A DNA stretch of 35,642 nucleotides from Chiloscyllium plagiosum (GCF_004010195.1 NC_057718.1:21753464-21789105); one strand, 5' to 3'. Positions 24,621 to 35,416 are shown, numbered from the stretch's first letter. Made by a program: numbers and translations. Notes: generated from the sequence alone by a model not told the origin.

Positions 24621-24834
24621 TCTTGCACCATTGGGGTTACTATGAAGGACTTGCCTCCTTGCCACCTCCCATTACTAGAGGTGTTGTGATGCTCAAGTTA
24701 AACCACCACCAGTGTGTGTGTCTGATGAGAGAGCAGCTCTATGATCTGGTAAGACTATGGCATCTTTACCTTTATCTTGACTACTTAATGGATTGATATA
24801 TTTTACTTTGACAACTATAACAAAAAATTGTCAC

Positions 24835-24904
24835 CTGTTTGCATTCCCACATCATCAGCTGCCTTTCTGGCCAGTTCTGCTGAGACTTTATTCAGTCGGT
24901 AAGC
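24835..24904 (-). CDS. MTR: MTR exon 4 (AYRLNKVSAELARKAADDVGMQT+G)
   Basis: cag|GCT ... ACAG|GTGA, 70 nt, frame-consistent. Confidence 0.95.
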
Positions 24905-25769
24905 CTGGATAGAAGAAATTCAATATAAATTTGAAAGCAAATACAAGTATCCCATTGCTATGAGCACATAATAAACTTACAATGTCTATATTTCGCCGTC
25001 AAATTCCAAAGTGAAGAGTTATTTTAGTGCAGATTGTTACATGGACAGTTGTTAGCCTACATAACAATCTGTTGCAAGGTCTCCCAATTAAATGAAAGAC
25101 CAAGAGAGTGGATTTTTGGAAATCCTGGTTAAGAACTGGATGTTAGGAAGGGCCTTCTCTGACAACATTATGGAATATGCTCTGTATACTTCAGCAAAGC
25201 AGAAAAACATGGATTTAACATGCCCTTAAAAATTTGGAAATTTGTATTAGGAAATTCTCTATGTCAGGAACATACTAATATCAGCCTAGATTGTGTGGTC
25301 AAATCATTTTGGGGTTTGAACCTATAAACTAACTTGGCATCCGGAATATGTCCAACTAGGCAAAAAATGACAAACAGATACCAAATTCACCTTAAAACCA
25401 ATTCTGCAATTGAAATCAAAGCAAAAAAAAGTAAACACTTGAATTTAGAAGTCAAACAAATGAATGTTTTCACAGCCTAAACAAATCAAAATATATCACT
25501 ACAGCTGTCTGATAACTCAGGGCCGGCCACTTGTTAGAAAGAAGTACAATTGGAAGCAGCAAGCCTCCAATGGAAAATGTTAGTTGCCGCACCCAGTACT
25601 GTATTTATTCATTCCCACCTTCATTGAGTTTAACTGATTTAAACTGATGTGGCAGCAAACTGAATCAATGATTCTTATTACAAAATGCATATGTTGTGTA
25701 ATATTCAAGAGAAATGATGGTGAAACAGTAATATGTTTGAACTATTATTAAATTAATAGTTTAGGTTAA

Positions 25770-26095
25770 CACACCAAGGTAAATGTTCTTCGAACATGGG
25801 TTCAGTATTCACCATTGCTAGTGAAATTTAAATTCCAACAATAAAAACTAGGAATTGAAAAGTTTTTATCAATAATGATAACCACAAATGATAAAACCCA
25901 CCCTGTTCACTGATGCCCTTTACAGAAAGAAATATATCATCTTTACCCGGTCTGGCCTAAATGTAATTTCTGATCCACAGCACTTTGGTGAAATCCTAAC
26001 TGTCCTCTATGATGATAAAGCAAACTGCTCACTTCACAGTTGGGCAACAAATGCTGGTGTTACCAACAAAACTGTAATTCCATGAAAGAATAAAA
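25770..26095 (+). mobile_element. Old SINE sharing its 3' tail with the older LINE family
   Basis: B-box-like GGGTTCAG near 25798. 3' end GGGCAACAAATGCTGG..CCATGAAAGAATAAAA matches the reverse of CCAGCATTTATTGCC at the LINE ends (about 6030 and 27560). Confidence 0.5.
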
Positions 26096-26126
26096 CTAAG
26101 AATTTAATAAAGATAGGCTTGATCTT

Positions 26127-26353
26127 AGCTTCAATACCCTCCATTACCTTAACATCACTGTCAAACATTAAAAGTAATTGACATTTTGCTGAGGGTCTGG
26201 AAAATTACATAATCTGTATGGAGCTGGAAATGTGTTGCTGGAAAGGCGCAGCAGGTCAGCTTCAATACCCTCCATTACCTTAACATCACTGTCAAACATT
26301 AAAAGTAATTGACATTTTGCTGAGGGTCTGGAAAATTACATAATCTGTGTGGA
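26127..26353 (+). repeat. 96-bp direct duplication enclosing a 35-bp Penelope-like fragment
   Basis: 26127-26222 equals 26258-26353 with 1 mismatch. The spacer GCTGGAAATGTGTTGCTGGAAAGGCGCAGCAGGTC resembles TTGCTGGAACAGCACAGCAGGTC of the terminal repeat. Confidence 0.92.
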
Positions 26354-27319
26354 ACATTGGCATTATTATTCAGGCATAAAGGAAAATAAATGTTTGTACT
26401 ATCAGAATTGCTTCAAAGCTGTAACCCAAAGGGCCAACAAACGCCAACAATCTTCTGATATGTAAAAATGCCCATCAGATGCCAGGTGCTTCCCTAAATA
26501 ATCAAAATAACAAATATGTAGAATAGGAAAAGAGCACTCATCTCCATTCTCTCTAATAAACCTTTTAAATTTGCATTGCCATTGCTACTAATACATTTTA
26601 AGTATCTAGAGAGAGATGACTAAACATTTGGTAAAACTTCTACCAAATTACAAATTTGAAAACTTTCTCCAATAATATTGGAAATGGAAGAAATACACAG
26701 AAAAGAATTCTTGGCCTATTTTTTGAGCTGATCCTTCTGACAACTTCTGACAGTGGTGTAGGAGGAGATTGGGCAACGATTGAGAATAATATGTAAAGAA
26801 AACATTTGCGTAAAAATGTAACCCTGAACTCTCATAAATATGCCTTAACAATAATGTTTCATACTTTTTTTGTAAACCATTTAAGAATGCGCTTCATGTT
26901 GAACCAAAAACTAGGTCATCCAAACAAGAGAATATTACATAAAACAATATACTTTATTATTAATGGTGCTGAATATTGTTTAATCCTCAGCAAACACCTA
27001 CACTTTCATTATTATTTTGTCACAGCAACTAAACCACCATTAATTTCAAACCGCAACTGTACACCAAGAGGACTTTTCCCTATGTATGAATGTCTTGGAA
27101 TGCTTGCCAGGTAAAAGAAAATGTTTGTGCAAGGTGTGATTAGGTTTTGATCTTTACATTCCTCTCTACCTCCCCAAGAGTTCTAGAGTTCAACTATCTG
27201 GCAACAAATCAATTTTAAGCATTAGGACAAACAATAGTGGTATATATTAATAAGATGCATTCTCTTCACACAATTTTTGGGAATGGGATTCAACATTATG
27301 TAGCAGAGAGATTTCTTAC

Positions 27320-27409
27320 CAAATGTTCCAACTCATAATCCGCCTGTGCTACTCTTGTGCTACTGAAAGTGTTTGTTTCCACAATATCTGCTCCCGCCAA
27401 CAAGTAGTC
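27320..27409 (-). CDS. MTR: MTR exon 3 ([30 protein letters not shown])
   Basis: tag|GAC ... TTG|GTAAG, 90 nt. AGADIxETNTF motif. Confidence 0.97.
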
Positions 27410-27524
27410 CTAAAATTTTAAAGAAAGTTAAACTTACTTTCCTGACAAAAAAGGGAATACAACCTATATTGTTCAACATCTTGCCTAAGCTATGCACCTT
27501 CTTTGTCTGGACCTTACTTTCTTT

Positions 27525-29140
27525 TATTTATCTGTGGGATGTGGGTGATGCTGGTTGGCCAACATTTATTGCTCACTCCTAGTTGCTCTTGAAAAGGTGG
27601 TGGTGACCTCTCCACTTGAACAGCTGCAGCCCATGTGCTGTAAGCTGGCATTCAATGCCTTTAGGGTAGGAATTCTAGGGTTTTGGACACAGTGACAGTG
27701 AAGGAACGATGATATATTTCCAAGGCAGGATGGTATGTGGATTGCGGGGAAACTTGCAGGTGGTGGTGCTCCCATGTAACTGCTGCACTTATGAGAGAAG
27801 AAAGTTGCAGTCTCAGAAACTTTCGTGAATTCCTGCAGTGCATCTTGTGGATAGTACACACTGCTGTTACTGAACGGTGGTGGAGTGAATGGATGTTCGT
27901 GGATGTGGTGCCAAACAAGTGGCTACTTTCTCCTGGATGGTGTCAAACATGTAGTTGGAGGTGCACCCTCTCAGGTAAGTGGAGAGTATTCCATCATACT
28001 CCTGACTTGAATCTTGTAAATGGTGGACAGGCGTTTCGTAATCACTGCAGTATTGCTAGCCCCTGACTTGCTCTGTTTATGTGGCAGGTCCAGTTGAGTT
28101 TCAAGTCAAAGGTAATCCCCAGGCTGTTGTAAATGGGGGATTTAGTGATGGTAACACCATTGAAGGTCAGGGGGCGACGGTTAGATTGTTTCTTTTTGGA
28201 GATGGTCATTGCCTGGTATTTCTGTGTTGCAAATGTTACTTGCCTGGACATTGTCCAGATCTTGTTGCATTTGATCATGGACTACTTCAGTACCTGAGGA
28301 GTTGTGAATGATGCTGAATACTATTTAATCATCAGCAAACATCCACACTTCTGACCTTATGGTGGAAGGAAGATCGTTGATGAAGCAGCTGAAGTTGCGG
28401 AGGTCTGGGAAACTACCCAGAGACACTCCTGCAGAGACATCCTAGAACAGAGATGACTGATCTTCAACAACCTCAACTATATTCCTATATGCCAGGTATG
28501 ACTGCAACCAGCGGAGAATTTGCCCCACTGATTTACAGTGTTGCTCGGGCTCTTTGATGCAACACTCAATCAAATGTGACCTTGATGATAAGGGCTGTCA
28601 TTCTCACCTCACCTCTGGAATTCAGCGCTTTTGTCCATGTTTGAACCAAGGATGAAGTTGGGTCAGGAGCCGTGTGGCCCTGGTCAAACTTAAACTAAGT
28701 AACAGTTGATGATTGAGAGTTGACTGATTGGACGCTAATTGGCTGGGTTGGATTTTTCCTGCTTGTTGTGTACAGGACATACCTTGGAAATTTTCAAATT
28801 GTTAGGTAGATGCCAGTATTGCAACTGTACTGGAACAGATTAACTAGGGAAGTGGCAAGTTCTTCAGTACTATTGCTGGAATGTTCTCAGGGCCCATAGT
28901 CTTTGCAATATCCGGTGCCTCCAACTGTTTCATGATATCTCAAGGATTGAATCGAACTGGCTAAAGACAGGTATCTGTGATGCTAGGGACCACTGGAGGA
29001 GGCTGAAATGGATCATCCACTCAGTACTTCTGGCTGAAGATTGCTGAAAATGTTTCAGCTTTATCTTTTGCACTGATGTGTTGAGCTCTTCCATCATTGA
29101 AGATGGGGATATTTGTGGAGCTGCCTCCCTTTCCAGTGAG
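27525..29140 (-). mobile_element. Older LINE fragment (same family as 5995-10050)
   Basis: Long colinear similarity to 5995-10050, for example CTGACCTTATG..TTGATGAAGCAGCTGAAG, CACCTCACCTCTGGAATTCAG and CCACTGGAGGAGGC.GAAATGGA. Confidence 0.82.
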
Positions 29141-29309
29141 TTTTGGTGTCATGTTTTTGGTGTCAGCTTCTGACACTTCCAACATTTTAATTTCAATTTG
29201 GCTAAGCAAAATGCCAGAGTTTAATTATTTTTTCTGTTCACTTTGTGAATTACTGGTTCTGCCTTTGAGATTGTGCAGCCTTAACTCAACACCAGGCAGT
29301 GTTCCATAC

Positions 29310-29521
29310 CTTATGAATTTTGCAGATAAGGTCAGGTTGTGTTATGCTGAGAAGATCATTGTTTCCCTTTAAAGGTTTAGGATGGTCTTTGAACTCCTCA
29401 CCACGATAATCATCTTCACCAAGTTTATGTTGTTGAATCATAGTACCCATTGCTCCATCTAGCACCATGATGCGTTTTCGTAAAATTGCTTTAAGTTCAT
29501 CTTGAAAAGAACTCCTTGATC
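29310..29521 (-). CDS. MTR: MTR exon 2 ([71 protein letters not shown])
   Basis: Acceptor tttctag|GA, donor AAG|GTATG, 212 nt. MetH N-terminal [10 protein letters not shown] and KGNNDLL motifs. Confidence 0.97.
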
Positions 29522-30603
29522 CTAGAAATGAAATTTAATTTTAAAGAAATATGAACAAGAGAGAATGTATTCCATTTGCTTGATTCAAGAACCTTAGAAG
29601 GAGGTGAGTTAGGTTGCGACGGTATCACATGCTATAAGTGTGAATTTACACATCACCAATCATTACTTTTGAATCATGCAAAACATTTGCAGCCAAGAAT
29701 ACTTTTGAAGTGTTATGATCCCAGACTTGACATTAACTTCATATTATAATCCCAGACAAAAATCAACAAATTATGATCTAGCTAAGAACCAAGAATTTTT
29801 GTTTTTGAAGTAGACTAAAGTAGAGATCCAGGGGACTTAAGTGAATAAAGTCACAAGTTTCTGTGGTTTTGAAGAAACAACAATACCTTACTATCAAAAT
29901 AAAACAAAATTAATACAATGTACAATAAACGTACAACTTATTTCCAATAGTAGAATTAACATTTGGTAAATATTGATTATATTGTCATCGAACACCCCTC
30001 AGCACACATCAAATAACAAATGCAATCAATGCAGATATCACAGATTTCTCAGCAACTTTCCCCAGGTGTTACTGAAACAGTAGATCATCAAGTTACATTA
30101 AAATTCACAAAGGATTGCAATTATTTATTTTAGTCATTCTGACCTTGAAATTCCCTCTCATGAGCTGCTCTGTCATGGACTGCCTTGATGACTGTCCTGT
30201 TCTGGACGATCATCCTCCTTTCTTCCACTCCAGTACTTATTTACAATGAACATCGATATGATAATGCCTGCATATCCTGTTTTTTGGGGGGGACTTTACT
30301 GAGGGCAAAATATTGGCTAGAACACCAATAATATCTTAGCTGCTCATCTTCAAAGCAGTGCTATGGGGTCTTTATTTGTGTTCACTTGAGAAAGCAACTT
30401 AATGTTTCATTCAAACCACAGCACCTCTGACAATGTCACAGACCCTGAGTATGCAGTGTCGACGTAAATATTTGCCTTCAAAACTCAAGAGTAGGACTTG
30501 AATCCAGACTGGAGAAAGTGAGGTCTGCAGATGCTGGAGATCAAAGTTGAAACTTTATTGCTGGAACAGCACAGCAGGTCAGGCAGCATCCAGGGAACAG
30601 GAG

Positions 30604-30639
30604 ATTCGACGTTTCGGGCACAGGCCCTTCCTCAGGAAT
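30604..30639 (-). ncRNA. Minimal hammerhead ribozyme motif (left arm, sense to the MTR pre-mRNA)
   Basis: Exact reverse complement of 30663-30698. Confidence 0.68.
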
Positions 30640-30662
30640 GAGCAGGAATGACATTTCTGCTC

Positions 30663-30698
30663 ATTCCTGAGGAAGGGCCTGTGCCCGAAACGTCGAAT
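30663..30698 (+). ncRNA. Minimal hammerhead ribozyme motif (right arm of the palindrome)
   Basis: ATTC-CTGAGGA-A-GGGC-CTGT-GCCC-GAAACGTC-GAAT. Confidence 0.68.
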
Positions 30699-30999
30699 CT
30701 CCTGTTCCCTGGATGCTGCCTGACCTGCTGTGCTGTTCCAGCAATAAAGTTTCAACTTTGATCTCCAGCATCTGCAGACCTCACTTTCTCCTTGAATCCA
30801 GACTGCAGTGCTACCAATTAAGTTGTGGCTGGCGCATCAGGGTACAAATATTTTAGTCTGAGATTCAAGCTAAAAAAGGAATGGAAGACTTTGATGTGGG
30901 AGGAAAGAGTTGGAGAGCGAGGGTGGGGCTGAGGATATTTACTTTGGTCTTCCTACTATTTAACTGACTATGAAAATTATACAGAAATCAATGTCAGGC

Positions 31000-31106
31000 A
31001 AAAGATGCTGGCGTTGTGTGCGCGTTGCTGGGAAAGCACAGCAGGTCAGGCAGCATCCGAGGAGCAGCAGGAGAATCAACATTTCGGGCATAAGCCTTTC
31101 ATTAAG
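31000..31106 (-). mobile_element. Degenerate Penelope-like terminal fragment
   Basis: GCACAGCAGGTCAGGCAGCATCC is identical to the palindrome arm. The minus strand reads TTAATGAAAGGCTTATGCCCGAAATGTTGATTC (decayed core). Confidence 0.7.
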
Positions 31107-32744
31107 AAAGATGGTGGTGGTTTGGAGGAGGATATTAAAAATTTTTTTGAGAAATGGAGACAAATCCTGTCACTGTATAATTGGAAAAATATGCCAAAAG
31201 TTAATAATATACAACCATTTATTCAAGAAAAAAAAATTTATTAAGCAAACTACCATGTTCTTAAGGCATCCTAAATGCTGTAAATTTAATAGATTTATTT
31301 GAAATGCAGACACCATTGTTATTTAAGCAAAGTGATAGCCAAATGGTGCATAGGAAAGTCATAAATAGTAAATATATAGCCAGAGACAAGTCTCGAGAGT
31401 TATGGTTTTCAGTTCATTGTGGGAATAATATTGGCAAAACCACTTGTCCATTGTCCAATGTTGCCACAGGATCTTTTATCAGATAACACAATGTACAGGA
31501 AAACGCATATGCCATCTGCTTTTCTAATTTCTTGCTGTACCTGCATGTTGGTTTTATGCAGTTTATGTGTAAAAAATCCACAATCCTTTAAATACAAACA
31601 TTTCCCAACCTGTGCAACTCCAATGATATCCTTTTGTCTAACCACTTAAGTGGATAACAGCAAGTTACCTTACTGCGTTTCATTTGACATGTTCTTGCCC
31701 ACACACCCAAGACATCCATACCCTCTGTGATCTCTTCATTTAATTTCTCATCTAACTTTGTCTTGTAAACTTGGATATGTTACACCCAATCCCTCATCTA
31801 AGTCATGAATACAGACCATAAATAGCAGAGGCACACTATTAATTGCTGCTAGTTACATCCTACCATTTAGAAAATATTCTGTTTATTCCTGCTTTATTTT
31901 CTACCATTAACCAAAAGTTAATAAATGCTATTATTATTTTACTCCAATCTTACAAGTTCCACTATACAACTGAACCATCTCTGAACAGGGAGCTGATTTA
32001 ACGTTTAATCTGACACCATAGCCCTTCCTCAGTAATGTCAGTCTAGACAGCTCAGATTTGCAGATGAGCTTCAATCTATATTTTGCCTTGGAATGAGAAT
32101 GCAAACAACTGAGTCAAGCTGAGATCTGTTAGTTACATGTAAACCTTTAAAAGTACAAGACTTTTGATACATAAAGAAAAAAAAATTATATAGCACTTTT
32201 CACAGCCACTGAAATACTTTTGAAATGCAGTCAAAGTTGTGCAGGAACATAAATATGAGTATGAATATTCCCCAGCATTAAGAATCTCCATATCAAGATT
32301 AAAGACACTTTACCAAAGTTAATATATAGGGGTATTTGAGTTTTAAACCAACAGTTACTAATAAGAGAAGCATTAAGCTTACAGTTACCCAAGTTAATTT
32401 TGACCTTCTAATAACTTTTTCTGTACTATTAAACATCATCCAGTTTTGCTTTAACAATTTTTCAACTAAAACAAAATTGCTGCATTTCCCTTATATCAAA
32501 AGTGGTGGCAAAAGAAGTTTCATATGAATATTAAGATAAATATGCACTTTTATACTTGCGTACCATGCGTCTAGAGTCAACTGTGCTGTAATTACAGTCA
32601 CACAATGACTTCGTTTTACATATTTTCAATAAACTCAAACCACGTGAACTCACTTTACATTCAACCATTTTGCTGACAGCAAAGATTACACAACTCGCAA
32701 TAAAAAAGCATGATCAAATTTGCGTTACCTTTTCAAAGTGATTT

Positions 32745-32985
32745 TGCCTGAGGGATAAATATTGGGCACCACGACTCCTGCACATTATCGTGGTTCCTTA
32801 GAGACCAGATGAAACGGAAAACAGGTACAGTATTGCGCCTAATGTTTCATCTTACAGACAGCACATTTGGCAGTGCAGCAGCACGCTCTCCACACAGCAC
32901 CAGAAAGGACAGTCCTGATTATCTATGTTCTCTGGAGTTGGCTTTCAATTCACAAATTTCAACCTCACCGCGCTATCACTGAGCC
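32745..32985 (-). mobile_element. Ancient DeuSINE-like copy about 130 bp into MTR intron 1
   Basis: TGAGGGATAAATATTGG..TAATGTTTCATCTTACAGACAGCAC..CAGTGCAGCA..CACTGAGCC, colinear with 30298-30835. Confidence 0.55.
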
Positions 32986-33089
32986 GACTGCTTGCTGTAC
33001 AGTGAGTGTTTGTCACATGGGAACCTGCCCCACTGGGAGATGAGACTGTCCTGGGTGCTCTCCGACTACACCTATTGCTCCTGGCTTTG

Positions 33090-33460
33090 ACATTAACCGT
33101 GTCCCGCTTACCTGCGCCCATCGATCCCGTGCCGAAAGCTGGTGCCATGATGTACCCTGCTCCTACGAATCTGGAGACTTTCAAGCAGGTCCGGCAAACG
33201 CTCAGACCCTGCGCTCTCACGATCAGCAGCAACGCGGGAATCGTCCCTCCGTTTCGTCAGCCTCGGCACAGGAAAAAAAAAGTCCGGCCTCCCTGTTACA
33301 GACCTACTGCGCAGCTGCCCGTCTTCGGCCTCCTGCCCACATGCACTAATACGCAGGCGCTAACTCTTTACCGTTTCTGTTATCATGCACAACCGCGCAG
33401 GCGCCACACTTTAAATCTCTCCAATGTCAAGCGCTAATGTCTCGGCGCGGGTCTTGTTAT
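33090..33460 (-). promoter_or_regulatory. CpG-island-like MTR promoter/5' UTR with NRF1-like motifs
   Basis: Sharp local rise in GC and CpG around exon 1. GCGCAGGCGC at 33395-33404, ACGCAGGCGC at 33351-33360 and CCAAT at 33421-33425. The transcription start cannot be placed from sequence alone. Confidence 0.75.
33112..33148 (-). CDS. MTR: Methionine synthase coding exon 1 (MAPAFGTGSMGA+G)
   Basis: ATG at 33148-33146 in strong Kozak context (ACATCATGG) inside a CpG-rich region. 37 nt ending at donor G|GTAAG; phase 1 joins exon 2 in frame. Confidence 0.88.
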
Positions 33461-33837
33461 GGACAGTGACACGTTTGATGATGAAAAATAAGTTTTCTCC
33501 TTCCATTCACGCTGGTTAGAATGTAGTGCTCAATCATGTTATTATTTGTTAATTTCTGTGTTTAAATGGGTTTAAAACTTGTAAGTTGGTAAATTACCTT
33601 CCCTCGGGTCTTTTGAGTAAATGGTGTGATATTCTGTCAATAGAGTTAGTTACAGCGCAGAAAGAGGTTGCTCATCGTGTCTGTGCTGACCATCAAAGTA
33701 TCTATCTATAATGATCCCTTCTTACAGCACATGGTCTGCAACCTTATATGCCATGGTGTTTCAACTGCTTACCTAAGTACTTCTTAAATGTCTTGAGTTT
33801 CTGTCTCTACCAACCTTTCAGGCAGTGAGTTCCAGAG

Positions 33838-33950
33838 ATATTTTCAAGTCACCTGTACAGAAATGGTATTATGCACCTCTGGTGCAGGTGGGATTCAAAC
33901 CAAGAGGCCTGGGTCAGTAGCACGGACACTATCACTTCACCACAAGAGCC
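33838..33950 (-). mobile_element. Short tRNA-derived SINE; other copies about 4085-4157 (-), 5858-5950 (+), 10055-10147 (+)
   Basis: Minus strand GGCTCTTGTGGTGAAGTGATAG (A box)..GGTTTGAATCCCACCTGCACCAGAGGTG (B box), shared across four loci. Confidence 0.62.
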
Positions 33951-34559
33951 ACCACCCACTCTCCAGATGAACTGGTTTTCTATCAAATCTCCTATGATCA
34001 TTATTTTTAATACTGTTCTTAATAAAATCTTAATACAGTGTCCTCTGTTTATTGGCTCCCATGACTAAGTGGAAAAAATTATCCCTGTCTGGGAAGAACA
34101 GAGCATTACCTAAATAAAATGACTGAAGCATTCTGAGGTGTAGAAGGACCATCCTGTTCTAAAGTAGAGTTGTGAAGAGTTAACAATCAGGTACAGGAGT
34201 AATTAAGAAGGCTAATAGAATGCTGTTCTTTATTAGAAAATAAATTGAACATTTTAAGAATTGGATTAGGCCCCTCTGTCACTCAAGAGGATCATAGCTG
34301 ATTTGACATTCTTCATATCTGCTTTCCTGCATCTTCCCTATAACCCTTGATTCCTGAACTCAACAAATAATCTCTCTACCTAAACCTTAAATGTACTCAA
34401 GGACTCCCGCCACACAGTTCTCTATGGTAAGGAGTTCCAAAGACACTCAACCCTCCAGTGAAGAAATTCCTCTTAAATTGGTGCCCTTTAATTCTGAGAC
34501 CGTGCCCTCTGGTCCTAGACACACTCATGATGGGAAAGTATCCATATTATGCTTTAGTT

Positions 34560-35085
34560 ACATGAGGCATTGCTAATACCACCGTTCAAATATGGTTTGC
34601 AGTTTTGGTCTACTTATTTATGTAAATGTCCTGGAGGTGGTTCAGAGGAGGATTACTTAATTAATACCTGGAAAGAGTGGTTTGTGTTAGGAGGGAAGGA
34701 CTGGACCTGTTTTCATTGGCACTTACAAGAGTGAGCAGGGACTTGATTGAAGTTTGTAATATCCCAAACATTCTTGACAAGGTGGATATGAAAATGATGT
34801 TTTCTTTTGTGGATGAGTCCAGAAATCAGGGGTCACTGTTTCAAGAGAGAGTGGAGGCAAATATTTTTCTCCCAGCCAGTTGAGACACTTTGGAACTCTA
34901 CCTCAGATGAACCATTGAATATTTTAAGGCAGCAGTGGTTATTTTATTTGTTAGGCAAGGGAATCAAAAATTATCAGGAATGCTTGGAAGTGTGGAATTC
35001 AAAACACAAACAGGTCATCCTTGATTTTATTGAATGGCAGAGTAAGCTTGGGGGCCAAATGGCTTACTTCGGATTCTAATTTGTA
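34560..35085 (+). mobile_element. Old CR1 3' fragment upstream of the promoter
   Basis: CAGTTTTGGTC (QFWS), CTGGAGGTGGTTCAGAGGAG (LEVVQRR), DLIEVCNI, then a CR1-type 3' UTR. Confidence 0.68.
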
Positions 35086-35277
35086 TGTTCATAAGATTAA
35101 TTAAATAGGCAATACAAACTTAAGTTAGGTACATGAGATAAAATTTCAGTACAGGTTTCCCAATTGTAAGAATATATATACAAACTAGGTTTGGTGATTT
35201 AAATAAAAAACTTAAAATTTAAGTAATTCATGTAAAAGTAACTAAAATGCAATATAAATGACAACACATGGGATGTA

Positions 35278-35415
35278 TTCAAAGTTTGTGCGAAGATTTG
35301 TAGCTCGGGTGCTCGTTGTTGTGGTTCTGTTTGCCGAGCTGGAAGTTTTTGTTGCAAACGTTTCGTCCCCTGGCTAGGCAACATCATCAGTGCTTGGGAG
35401 CCTCCTGCGACGCGC
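35278..35415 (-). mobile_element. Second Penelope-like family terminus with hammerhead motif (35354-35393)
   Basis: Minus strand: GCA-CTGATGA-T-GTTGCCT-AGCC-AGGGGAC-GAAACGTT-TGC. Flanks differ from the first family. Confidence 0.65.
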
Positions 35416-35416
35416 T

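Larger units (their letters stand above)
30511..30791. mobile_element. 281-bp palindromic Penelope-like element with 13-15-bp TSD
   Basis: Arms 30511-30650 and 30652-30791 are reverse complements with one mismatch (30646/30656). TTGAATCCAGACT at 30498-30510 and 30792-30804. Confidence 0.9.
30298..30835 (-). mobile_element. Ancient DeuSINE-like (SacSINE1/AmnSINE-related) SINE, host of the palindrome
   Basis: TTAATGTTTCAT..CAGCACCTCTGACAATG and a reverse B-box GGACTTGAATCC. Related decayed copies at about 16545-16900, 25080-25345, 31995-32120 and 32745-32985. Confidence 0.6.

Noticed and set aside
24722..24740. CTGATGAG as another hammerhead core
   Set aside because: No stem II followed by GAAA downstream; it lies within a different SINE-like repeat.
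26127..26353. CRISPR-like repeat-spacer-repeat
   Set aside because: Only two 96-bp repeats, eukaryotic context, no cas genes, and the spacer is a retroelement scrap.
29711..30290. Second solo LTR beginning TGTTATGA
   Set aside because: No convincing right terminus or TSD found, so it is not listed as a feature.
30511..30791. miRNA precursor or classical MITE
   Set aside because: The arms match a dispersed repeat also present as single-orientation copies. The stem is much longer and more perfect than a pre-miRNA, and the 13-15-bp TSD does not fit common DDE superfamilies.
33006..33437. 143-aa plus-strand ORF over the promoter
   Set aside because: GTG start, antisense to exon 1 in a GC-rich, stop-poor island, and no recognisable domain.
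33090..33460. Cobalamin riboswitch upstream of a B12-dependent gene
   Set aside because: No B12-box or conserved riboswitch core is visible, and this class is not established in vertebrates.
33838..33950. tRNA gene
   Set aside because: A/B-box remnants only, with no cloverleaf; it is a SINE head found at several loci.
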